Source: Felis catus
Taxonomy: Eukaryota
NCBI RefSeq assembly: GCF_018350175.1
Contig: NC_058375.1
Coordinates: forward strand, 24,366,001 to 24,430,000
Length of the DNA: 64,000 nt
Direction of reading: 5' to 3'
Shown here: positions 1 to 13,023 of the stretch, piece by piece
Layout of the letters: every line of letters begins with the position of its first letter
How positions within the stretch are numbered: the stretch's first letter is position 1
The notes under the pieces: model-generated
Databases searched by the model: none
Told to the model about the DNA's origin: nothing
What the model saw: the letters and a program-made list of their open reading frames with translations, nothing else
Made by a program: the position numbers and the translations under genes

Positions 1-264
1 AGTGTCAGCGCCAGCCATCAGCACAGCAAAATGAACCTTCCCTCTTCCTCTGCTGCTGCGCAAGACTGCCGGGCTTCAGATCAACCCAAATGCCTGGCAG
101 CATACTCATCATCAGCCCACTGTGCCCCAACTGCTCAGGGAAGAGGGTGCAGAGAGGGAACTGGAGATAGTGGGCTCTCCCTCACTCATGGAAAAAAGGT
201 GTCTCAGGCACCCTCCCCAAGTGACTCTTCTGGGTGGCTTCCACCACTGAGCATGGCAGTTCTA

Positions 265-1695
<1,431 letters not shown>

Positions 1696-4600
1696 ATGGT
1701 GAGTTCCCCTGAGCTGGGGTGTTAGCATGGGGGGGTCTTTGGGGGTCTGGAGCTGGAGCAGGGGCCGATATTTGGCGGTGACACTCCCGTCTTGTCTTCA
1801 CAGAAGCCGATCCTGCTGCAGGGCCATGAGCGGTCCATTACGCAGATTAAGTACAACCGCGAGGGAGACCTCCTCTTCACGGTGGCCAAGGACCCTGTGA
1901 GCGTCGGCAGAGGGCGGGCTGGCGGGACCTTGCAGCAGGGGCCGAGAGGGGGCGAGTTCACTCTCACTGGGCGGTGGGTGGACAAGCCAGTTTTGCCCGA
2001 GAGGAGAACCAAAGAGCGCCCCATTCTGAGAAGTAGGGAGAGACCATCCCGGGATGGTCATTTTACCGGAAGCATTTTACCGGGAAAACGCAGTTGTTGG
2101 TAGAAGGAAGGAGTAGCCGGGAGGAAAAAAGCCACAGACCATTGTGGAAGGGGGACGGAGATGAGAGTCAGCCCCTTCAGGGGACTGGGAAGGGACCAAT
2201 CTGAGAAAGAACAAAACTATTCTTCCAGGTAGGGGAACACACCATCTCTAGAAAAGGACAGCTGATCCTTGGACTGTGAGGGACAACAGAGGATTTATGG
2301 GGGTGTCCCTGGGCTCATTTCAGTCGGTCCTTCTGGGCCCCATCTCGCCTTTCACTGAGTGCAAACAGCCTCTCACAGCACTGCCCTTTGAGGAACCTCC
2401 CTATGCAAGACGTTAACTCTAGTGGCTCAAAGTGGGAGTTGGGAAGCCTACAGACCTGATTTCAATCGTGACTCCCACGTCCAATAGCAGCGTGACTTTG
2501 AGCCTGTCATTTAATCTTTCTAAACTTCATTTCCTTTTTTATACATTATGGGTACAAATAGTACCTCCCTCGTGGGGTTGCCTTCAGGGTTAAATGAGAT
2601 TCAGGTAAGGAGCTTAGCACAGTAAGTACCCGGTGTGTATGAGTGAAGAATTGTTAGTCATTTATATTTTAAATCCCTTAGACACCATTTTATTGAAGCT
2701 TCACAGCTACCCTTTGAAGAAGGCATTATTGTTGTGGCCATTTTACAGATAGGAAAAGAAGCTCAGAGGAGAGAGGCACTGTATTTGAGAGTTTGGGGGA
2801 GGACTGGGACAATGGCTTGGAGATGTTTTTGCAAGCCTCCTCGTGCCCCTGCCACTTACCTGCAGGAAGGGGAATCTAGGAGTTGTTCTTTTTACCAGCA
2901 ACCTGCTGTTTCCCAAGAAATGAGCAGGAGAGGGTAAAACGTGGCCTCAGTAGAGGCTGTGGAGGGTTCCTGGGGAACCTCTAAATAGAAGGCCATTGCT
3001 CTGCTTGGGATGTTTACCACGTGTCGCTGTCATTAACTCCTCCAGATCGTCAATGTATGGTACTCTGTGAACGGTGAGAGGCTGGGCACTTACATGGGCC
3101 ATACTGGAGCTGTGTGGTGTGTGGATGCCGACTGTATCCTTGTCTTTGCTCTGAGTCTGTGCTCCCAGGGTCTGCCAGCAACGGAGAGGCCGCCAACTTG
3201 GAGTTGAGAGTTTGGGATGATATTGTGGGTCTAGGGAACGATATCTACCTCCTAATCCCCAGTCTGTACCCTGGTTGGGGGAACAGTCAGGACAAGTTGC
3301 AGTTCTAGATGAGGAGGGTAGAATGCTCCGAGGTAAGAGAGGAAGGAAGGCTGGCGGGGGCTGAGTGGGGAGGTGATTCAGTTGGTGTTCCAGGAGGACA
3401 GGGGCTCAGGGAACTGGGTTCTATTTCTTAACACCCTCTTCAGGGGACACCAAACATGTCCTCACCGGCTCAGCTGACAACAGTTGTCGTCTCTGGGACT
3501 GTGAAACAGGTAAGCCTGGATCGTTTACTTTTTCCTCAAACAGCAAGAACCTACAGTATACCTGTTTAGGTGAATACGTTTTGGGGAAGTAGAAATCCAG
3601 ACATGGCTCCTGTTCTGAGGAACAGGAAGCAGACAAGGAAAGGACAACAGACAAGAAAAGGGGTGCTACACAGGGCACTTGGGTGGCTCAGTCGGTTGAG
3701 GGGCTGACTTCGGCTCAGGTCATGATCTTACGGTTTGTGAGTACGAGCCCCGCGTCAGGCTTTCTGCTGTCAGCATAGAGCCCGCTTTGGATCCTCTGTC
3801 CACCCCCCCCGCCCCTCCCACACTCTCTCTGAAAATAAATAAACTTAAAAAAATAAAATAAAAGGAGGCACTGTGGTGAGACATAAGCCATGTTGGAGAA
3901 AGCACAGAGCACTGTGGAAGGCCAGAGGGGGGCAGCTGATGTCTGGATTGGGGATGGAAGCAACCCGGGAAGGTTTCCCAAGAAAAATGTCATGTGAGCT
4001 GGGGTTTAAAGGATGAGAAAGAGGTCATCACTTTGGCACAGACTGGAACGAAAGCATGGCAAGTGTCCTGTCCAAGTCATCTGATCTGTGGGGAGACTTC
4101 TTAGGAGACAAAATAGAGAAGATGAGGCCGGCAAGGGTCAGAATAGGCCATGAATGACAAACTCAGGAGCTTGGCTTTGTTCCGTCAGACTTGGCGTGCT
4201 GTCCCTCAGCGGGGCAGAGCATGTTCGGTTTTAACAAACTCCGGTGGCGGTGGGGAGCATTGGAAGAACAGACCGAAGACACGGGAGCCTATAAACTTGC
4301 TCCATTGAATAAATATTTACTCGGCACCCAGTTCTGTGCCAGCTCTATGCTGGGTACTGGAGACACGCAGAGAAATTCTGAGAAGACAGATACATTTGCA
4401 CTCCGCTATGAGAGCAGTGCCACAGCGGCAGGATGTCTGAGGAGAGACAGAGAGGAAGTTAAAAATCTTGAGCCAAAGCGTAGCCACCAAGGTGGCGGTG
4501 GGTTGGGGTCACTAGACCAGGAGAAGCAGTGAACAGGAAGATAGGTAGATGTAGAGAGTGTCCTCCTCTCAATGGCGTTGGACAAGGGGTAGCCCAGATT

Positions 4601-7600
4601 TCTGCCTGTCTCCAGGGAAGCAGCTGGCCCTACTCAAGACCAATTCAGCTGTCCGGACGTGTGGCTTTGACTTTGGGGGCAACATCATCATGTTCTCCAC
4701 GGACAAGCAGATGGGCTATCAGTGCTTTGTGAGCTTCTTTGACCTGCGGGATCCAAGCCAGATCGGTGAGGCAGAGCTCGGGGGGTGAGGACCGGGGCTG
4801 GGGTACAGGGCGTAGCTCTAGAACCCAGGGCCTGACCTCTTCTACTGCACACAGACAACAACGAGCCCTACATGAAGATCCCTTGCAACGACTCCAAGAT
4901 CACCAGTGCCGTTTGGGGACCCCTGGGGGAGTGCATCATCGCGGGCCACGAGGGCGGAGAGCTCAACCAGTATAGTGCCAAGGTGAGGAGGTGGGTGGGG
5001 CCCAAGTCCACCAGAACGATTCCCTTCAAAAGGCAGGATAGCACAGCAGTGAAGAACGCCACTTTTTAGCTGTGAATTTAGGCAAGTTACTTCACTGAGC
5101 CTGTTTGTCTGTAAAACGTTGCAAGGATCAAAGGACATCAGGCATTTGAAAAACTTGTCACAGAGTACTCTGGATAGGTTAATAATGATCACAAGTAAGC
5201 ATTTTCCTACCACTACTGAGTGCCATGCTGGGCTCTTAGGACAAAGACATGAATCAGACATGGGCCCTGTCCCCAGGGAGACGGACTGGCAAACAGCTAG
5301 CACATGAGTCAGGTTGTGAGTTGTGCCACCACAGAGGTCTTGAGCCAAGCACAGAGAGTGCCCTCCGTCACAGAGAAGGTGGCACGTACATTAAGCCGTG
5401 AAGAATAAATAGAGCTTCAAGCAAGAAGAGAAGGCAGTTCCACAGGTGAAAGGAACAGTGCACACAAAAGCACAGAGTTAAGGGAGTAGGGGGACTGGTC
5501 AGAAGAGAGTCTGGTGTCATTGGGACACGGTATTGGAGAAAGTGGATAGCGACTAGATTTTTCGAGTGTCAGGAGGTAAAGGAACTGTGATTTTCCTTTT
5601 GGTAGCGGGGAATCTTCAAATGGTTATTGCTGATCAGATTTTCTCTTTAGAGGCTTTTGCAGGCATAGTTCAGAGAATGGACCTGAAGGAGGCAATAGCT
5701 CTGGAGGTGTGGAGCACCCGAGAGTCAAGAGATGTAGGGGTGACTGATGAGATGGGGGATGAGGACAGGGCCAAGCCCAGGCTGTCTTGATTTCTTGTCT
5801 GGGTGCCTGGGCAATGCTGGAGGGCACTACCATAAAGGTTAGTCAGTCGCTCAGCAAACATTGGCTGTAGTCCACTAGCCCCCAGACCTACCTGCAGAAA
5901 GGGAATGGAAACCAAAGTCAAAGGCGTGAATCATGCTTGATGCCAGCAAAGAGTGGAACTGATCTGTGCCTTCAGATAGGCCTGACTGTAAAGCTGGTGT
6001 GCTTATTCCCCGAAATACAGGAGCCAGATATGTCCCTACCATGTGTCCACATTGATGGAGGAGACAAAAATACATCCTTCCCACAGAATAGGTAAAAATA
6101 ATTCAGGAATGGGGCGCCTGCATGGCTCAGTCGGTTGAGCATCCGACTTCAGTTCAGGTCATGATCTCACATCGGGCTCACTGCTGTCAGCACAGAGCCC
6201 GCTTCAGATCCTCTGTCCCCCCTCCCCCCCCCCCCCGCCCCACCCCCACTTGTCTTCTCTCTCTCTCTCTCTCTCTCTCAAAAATAAACATTTTTTGGGG
6301 CGCCTGGGTGGCGCAGTCGGTTAAGCGTCCGACTTCAGCCAGTTCACGATCTCGCGGTCCGTGAGTTCGAGCCCCGCGTCAGGCTCTGGGCTGATGGCTC
6401 AGAGCCTGGAGCCTGTTTCCGATTCTGTGTCTCCCTCTCTTTCTGCCCCTCCCCCGTTCATGCTCTGTCTCTCTGTCCCAAAAATAAAAATAAACGCTGA
6501 GAAAAAAAAAACAAACACATTTTTTTAAAGAGGTTAAAAACTAATAATTCAGGAAAGGGGCACCTGGCTGACTCAATCCATAGAGCATGCAATTCTTGAT
6601 CTTGGGGTCGTGAGTTCAAGCCCCGCAATGGTCATAAAGCTTACTTAAAAACAACAACAAAAATAATTCAGGAGAGGAAAGGAAAATTCTCTGAGGGTCT
6701 AGTGTGTGTGAGGCTCAGTGCTCAAAAGACCTTTTAATCATCTCACCAGTGTCTGCACAACGAAGTCAAACAAGACACAGTCCCAGTCTCCCTATAGTGA
6801 ACCTCGGTGGTGGGCTTTTAGTAATCTTGTTTTCTAGATAGAGAAGTTGAGGCACAGAAAGGTGCTTTTGAGGGCAGACTCTCAAATTCTGCTTTGTACT
6901 GTAGAGGCTAGCCGGTTGCTGAGTGGGAAGGGAAATCAGGAGGTGAAATGGCCCTTGGAGAGGATCTAAAAAAAGCTGGACACACAGCAGTGCTTGTGGA
7001 CTGTGACTCCACCCCTGGCTGGGGAGGGCTGAGCTCAGGCACTCTGCCCCTTACAGGTTGCACGATCTCCAGCGGGTCACACCATCGCTCTGAGCCTTCC
7101 TTTCTTCCTTTGAAAATGTCCTTTAGGGGCGCCTGGGTGGCTCAGTCGGTTGAACACCCAGCTGTTCATTTCCACTCAGGTCATGATCTCTTGATTCATG
7201 AGTTCAAGCCCCGCGTCAGGCTCTGTCCTGACAGAGCCTGCTTGGGATTCTTTCTCTGCCCCTCCCCTGTGTGCTCTCTCAAAAAAAAAGAAAAGAAAGG
7301 AAAGAAAACAGGTGTTGAGTATATAGTACAATGCTTGGCAAATTGTGACTGTTCACAATTCAGTGACTATTGAAAGGAGTAAGTGAAAAGTGCTCTGCCC
7401 TTGTAATGTGCTGATTAATTAATAGGTCCGTAGGTGTGTCACCATAAGCATGTATTTTCGTAGATGGACTACCAGTGTTGATGAAATGTATACGTGGGCC
7501 ACGTTTGGATGTGGGCTTTGCAGGGGGTAAATGTTAGTTCAGGGAATACTTAGGCCATCCCAACCCAGACCTCCCTTCCCCCGGCCGGGACAGGGGGCAG

Positions 7601-9153
7601 TATAGAAGCCCTGCTGAGCAGTGGGGCCTGTGGAAGTCAGGCCACCCAGAACCTCACTCTTCCGCTTCTGCCTTCCCCAGTCTGGAGAGGTACTGGTGAA
7701 TGTTAAGGAGCACTCCCGACAGATCAATGACATCCAGTTATCCAGGGATATGACCATGTTTGTCACTGCCTCCAAGGACAACACAGCCAAGGTGAGCCTG
7801 GGGAAGGGGCCTGGCGGGGGGCTCCTCCCACCATCCTGCAAGGCTTTCAACTTGCCCGACTTCCCCGAAGAAGACTCCTTTTACAGATTGCTTTCCCCTG
7901 TCTTCTCCAGCTCTTTGACTCCACAACTCTTGAACACCAGAAGACTTTCCGGACAGAACGTCCAGTCAACTCAGCTGCCCTCTCTCCCAACTATGACCAT
8001 GTAAGGGAAGCGCACCCAGGCTTCTGCTGACGCCTCGGACTGCTTCCAGCATCTGGGTGTCAATGGAGATCTGAATTCTGGAGGAAATAATGTCAGCTAG
8101 AGAGGAGATTCCCAGAGCAATGATTCAATGATTGGGCAGCCCCGGGGGATAGGGCAGGAGGTGGCTAAAGTACCTGTTGGGCCCTGCCCTTAGCATCCTT
8201 CCAGTCTGATGTGGGAGATATTAAAAGCTTATGAGCTGGGGATAAGAAACAGAAAATGGACTTGCCTGCCCTTTGGGCCTGTCTAGCTTTTCTTCTTCCC
8301 TTCAGGTGGTGCTGGGTGGTGGTCAGGAAGCCATGGATGTAACCACCACCTCCACCAGGATTGGCAAGTTTGAGGCCAGGTAAAGGGGGGGGGGGGGGGG
8401 CTCTTCCAAGTCAAAACCCCATGGAGTGTCTTTCATGATGGACACAAACCATATACCCGAGACTTCCCTTATTTCTTTGGCTGCTAGGAGGTGCAGCCAG
8501 ATTTGTGGCCTTCCTGGGACAGGTGTTTGATACAGCAGTTACAGCATGACCTTGGACCCACTGTGAAGCCCTGGACACATCCTTGTATTTCTCTGTGCCC
8601 GATTATCGATCGTATAATGGGGACAGCGATAATACACTTACCTCATACAGTTGTACAGATCAAATGCATGAGTTAACGAGTTAACACTTGCTGCACAGCA
8701 CGCAGTAAGGAAGTTAGCTATCCAGTCTGCCCCGTCTTATTTTGTTCACATTCCCCACTCTCTACTTTGCATTTGGGGAGTGGTACGTCCAACGTGTCTC
8801 GGAAGGAGATGGAGAGTGAATTGTCCCTTCCCACCACCCTCCTCCAGGTTCTTCCACTTGGCCTTTGAAGAAGAGTTTGGAAGAGTCAAGGGCCACTTCG
8901 GACCCATCAACAGTGTTGCCTTCCATCCCGATGGCAAGAGGTAGGGCTCCGTGCAGGGAGCTGAGCTTAGCCCGGGACTGGCCTCTATCCCTTTACCATG
9001 CTCTGCCCGACAGGCCTGTCTCCCTCCCCCAGAGGGGGCACCTGACTGGTCCCTGGCTCTTCTCTCTCCAGCTACAGCAGCGGTGGTGAAGATGGTTATG
9101 TCCGCATCCACTATTTTGACCCACAGTACTTTGAGTTTGAGTTTGAGGCTTAA
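1696..9153 (+). CDS. EIF3I: Eukaryotic translation initiation factor 3 subunit I (WD40), complete, 325 aa
   Basis: Coding exons 1696-1698 (ATG only), 1804-1896, 3046-3133, 3444-3509, 4616-4765, 4855-4982, 7681-7791, 7911-8000, 8306-8379, 8848-8940, 9072-9153; sum 978 nt = 325 aa + [35 protein letters not shown]...[13 protein letters not shown]. Confidence 0.97.
3134..3443 (+). other. EIF3I: U12-type (minor spliceosome) GT-AG intron in EIF3I
   Basis: Donor GTATCCTT at 3134 and branch-site-like TTCTTAAC (~3425-3432) just upstream of the CAG acceptor (3441-3443). Confidence 0.85.
3673..3862 (+). mobile_element. Can-SINE (SINEC_Fc family)
   Basis: GGGCACTTGGGTGGCTCAGTCGGTTGAG tRNA-derived head, C/CT tract, A-rich tail. 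Confidence 0.85.
6111..6661 (+). mobile_element. Stack of three Can-SINEs in EIF3I intron 6
   Basis: Heads at 6111, 6297 and ~6557; AATAATTCAGGA target repeated at 6097, 6543, 6662. Confidence 0.85.
7126..7310 (+). mobile_element. Can-SINE
   Basis: GGGGCGCCTGGGTGGCTCAGTCGGTTGAA head and A-rich tail. Confidence 0.8.
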
Positions 9154-9224
9154 GAAGCTTGGATCTCCATCAAGACCGGGGAAGTTTCTGGGCCTGGACT
9201 CACAGAAAGTTTTGGACTCTGAGA

Positions 9225-9230
9225 AATAAA
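9225..9230 (+). terminator. EIF3I: EIF3I polyadenylation signal
   Basis: AATAAA about 70 nt after the stop codon. Confidence 0.75.
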
Positions 9231-9335
9231 TTAGTTTGGAAATCAATGGCTTCTGGCGAGAAGTTTTATGGGAACTGTTAACATCATTTTCCCTTCTCAG
9301 TGACACCCAGGGAGCTGATACCAGTCATAGATATC

Positions 9336-9341
9336 TTTATT
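9336..9341 (-). terminator. MTMR9-like gene polyadenylation signal
   Basis: TTTATT on + strand (AATAAA on -), about 160 nt downstream of the TAA at 9502-9500. Confidence 0.65.
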
Positions 9342-9499
9342 ATTTGGACCTTCTCCCCCACACTACGGACACTTCAAACCTGGAGCTTCGGTATTAAGGG
9401 CTAGGCTGGGTTGCAGGCACCGTCATCCAAGGCCCAAAGGTACTGAGGGACCTGGAGAGGTCTCAGGAACGTCTCAGCCACTATCCAAGGAGCCAGCCC

Positions 9500-12400
9500 T
9501 TAAAGTTGGGGCTCAGAGGCTGAAACTGTTGGCTGAGAGAGCTTGGTCTTCTCCTTATCTGTCACTATTTGCCACACCTTCTCCCATGCTACCTCTGAAG
9601 GTTCAGGTGGGCGGATCCAGCGCAGAAATAGGCCTGAGGAGGAGGAGGACAGAGAAGGAAGCTGAGCAGAGGGGTTAGCTAGCTCCCCAGGGAAGAAGTT
9701 GGGGTAGGGGGTCACCTTGCCAGAGTCGCAAGCTCTGGAGCTCCACGGAGGGCCAGATGGCCAAGGGATTGGGGGCGTAGAGCGGGTTCCGGAGTTTCCG
9801 TCGCTCTTTTGGCTGGTTGAGCCCAGACCACAAGGAGTGTGTTCGAGTCCTCACTTCACAAAGGCATCTGTAGGAAGTGAGTTTCCAGACTCAAGCTATG
9901 CCTTCTGGGATTCTGGGTTGGGGACCCTGGTTAGTAGGGTGCCAGCCATTCTGGGGCAGTGATAACCTCTCCTTTTTCCTGCACGTGTTCTTGCCAGTCA
10001 GATACATGTACTGGGCACTAGAATAAAGTAGAACAAAACAAAGTCCTAGTTGTTCAGGGGTTCTACTTAGTTCTGCCTGGAAGTATCAGGGAGGCTCATG
10101 AGAATGGGCCACTTGGGCTGGGTCTGGCTGCAGAAGTTCACCAGGTGCGCAAAAGCGTGGAAATACTCAGGAGGGGAGACTGGGGCCGAGAGCAAGAAAG
10201 TGGGAACAGGCCCAAGTGAATGTTGGCGAGTCTTTTTAAGCTGGTGACGGGAACTACAGCAGTGAGACGGCTGTCCCAATAGCCCACGTGGGAAGGAGAG
10301 TCTGGATTGGGGTTAGCAGGAGGGGTCTTTGACAGGAAATGACCAAGTAAGAAAGTTTTAGGAGAAAGGCTGTATATGAAAGACGGGAGAGGGAGTTACA
10401 CAAAGATAACCATTTCTAACCTGGATGACCCAGTAGTGGAGTCAGCGAAAACTACATGGGGGATGGGGACCCAGGCAACTAAAGAGAACAGTCTCATCTC
10501 AGACCGATGAGAGATGGCTCTGGGGGGGCTTGGGAGCACATGGAACGAGCCAACCAAATGGTAAGAACAACCACTGCTTGTGTGCCAGGCACTGTGCTAA
10601 GCACTCCCCATGCCTTAACTCCACTAATCTGCACACAGCCCTGCTCTGCAGAGACTGTGGCTGCCCTTAGAATCCTCTCCTTGCTACAGATGGATAGAAA
10701 CTGAGACAGGTTTCCTAGGATGCCCCAACAGGTGAGTGGTGGAGCTGGAAGTTAGGCCCAAACAATCTGACTCTGTTTTCAACCTCTACACCATTGCTTC
10801 ACTAGAATCAACCCTGCAAGTGGTAGGGAGCCCCAGAAATGATTTATTTTGCAGCAACTCTCCCCATCGGTCCTTGTTTTTAAGCTAGGGGTGCACGTAC
10901 CCTTGGTTCTGGACAGAGTAGGTAGGTCTGTAGGATTGGCCTTGGACCCATTCAAATCTGGGTTTGCAGAAATTAGGGGAAAGGGTGGGGTTTGGAGGCA
11001 GGGGAGGAGAGAACACTCCAGAGTTTTCCCCAAAGAGAAACTCATTCGAAGGGCAAAGATGCCTTCCAGGGACATAGGTGCTGACACAGCAGGTGTCTGA
11101 CCCCACCCTGTGCCTGGCCCCTGACTCACCTTGACACCCCCTTAGCTCACCTCTCCTTTTCGCTGTTGCAGAGGAAGGTGCCAAAAGGGGAGGCATACGC
11201 GTGCTCAAACAGGGCCAACAGCAGCCCCTCCCCAAACTCCAGTGACAGCGGGAACTGGCGGCCCAGCTGCCACACGCAGTCCAGGAAGAGGAGAAAGGTG
11301 GGTGCCTCGTGCTTGGAACGGGCATGGGAGAAGGCCGAGTGGGCACAGCGCAGCTGGAAGGGGTGGCCAGCCTGGGAAAGGGGTAGAGCCATGGGCACAA
11401 GGAAACAGGGTTTCTGGATAGAGGGGCTGGGCTGGGGCTGAGTGGCCACTTACCTGGATCCACTCCCGCTCCACCAGTTCCTGGAATCCAGCCATGGTCC
11501 GGCTCAAGGGGTCCAGGATGAGCTGGGCCAGCGAAGTCACAAGCAGGGTGCTATCTGTGCCTTCAGCCCCATGCACCAAGATGCAGGCCCCTTCCCTGTG
11601 GGCCAGGACTTATTAACTGGCCAGTCCCTCCCTGCCTGGGGTGGCCGGGCCAGGAATCGAATGGGCCCATTTCTAGACTGTATGTGCTTACTAAGACGTG
11701 GTTGTGTGCCCAGGGGTTGAGAGCCCTGCCCGTCCGCCCTGTTCTCTGCCTTGTAGGGTGGGGCCTTACCTCTCCATGCCCTGGGCTGCTAGGCAGGCGG
11801 TGCTCAGTGCCTCTTTCACATGTGCCAGCCAGCAGCAGCCTTCTAGTCGACGGAGCCAGCTATCCGTGCTCTGCTGCAGGTCCCCACAGGCCTCCACCAG
11901 GCGCACGAAGCTCTCCTGTAGGGGCTGTCCCCTGCACAAGTGGGAATCTGGTCATCTCATCTCCAGCCCAAGCTCTGGTGAGCACAGCCTGGGAGCCAGT
12001 GCTCCAGACCAATGAGGGAGACAAAGAACCCTCAGAGGAGCCCATTCGACAAGAGGGACACAGGACCCTTTGGGGAGCTCACTTAACCTGATGGGAATGA
12101 TTCAGTATCTTTGGGGATTCCCCAATCTGATGGAGGAGACCCAAGACCCCTTGGGGGAGACCTAGTCTGTTTGGGGGGGGGTACCTGGGGAAAGGTCACA
12201 CAACTCTGTCGGAAACAATGACATGGGAAACGCCCAATTTGATGGGAGCAGCACAGTACTCCCTGGGGAGTCCCCGTCTGACAAGAGAAACACAATACTC
12301 TTAGGATTCTGGTATCTGCCCCTACTTCCCAGAAACTGCTCTGCTCAAGATCACCAATGTGACCTCCCACCAGAAAATCTAATGGAGATTTTTCCAGCCC

Positions 12401-12978
12401 TGTTTAAAAGCCTTCAATGACTCCCCTCTGCCTTTAGGATAAAGTCTAAGCTCATAATCGTGGCATTCAAGACCTTTTCTCTGGTCGCTGTCACCCCTTT
12501 AGCCCCATCTCTCTATACACTCTACCTCACACTCTATACTCCCACCAGACTGACATACTTGCAGCTCCCCAGGCAGGGCAAATGGCCAGGAACTCTGCAG
12601 TTCTGTCCACCTGCAGTGTCCTGCTCTCCGGCTAACTCCTTTCCGGTGCCAGGTGAAAGGGATGCTTTCTTTGCACTAGCCACACACAAGAGAGGGGCGC
12701 CTGCTCTATGCTGCTGCTTATCACACTGAATCCTAACTGCCAATTTACTGCGGATCTCTCAGCCACGTCTGGGCTGGCCACCATCTCAGCCTCTGGTGCT
12801 CAATCAACACTGGCTGAATAAAGGAATAAACGGGTTTGTATTCTGGACAGGGGAGCTTCCTCAAAGCACAAAAACTCCCTTAGGACCTCCTCTCGGTACT
12901 ACCAGCACCTGGAGACCCAGGTAATAGTTACAGGTGTGCAGGTCCAGCACTCAGGGCAGGGCTGAGACCAATGGGGAG

Positions 12979-13023
<45 letters not shown>

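Noticed and set aside
6111-6500. tRNA-like A/B boxes and recurring ORFs such as [16 protein letters not shown]
   Set aside because: These are tRNA-derived Can-SINE heads, not tRNA genes or proteins.
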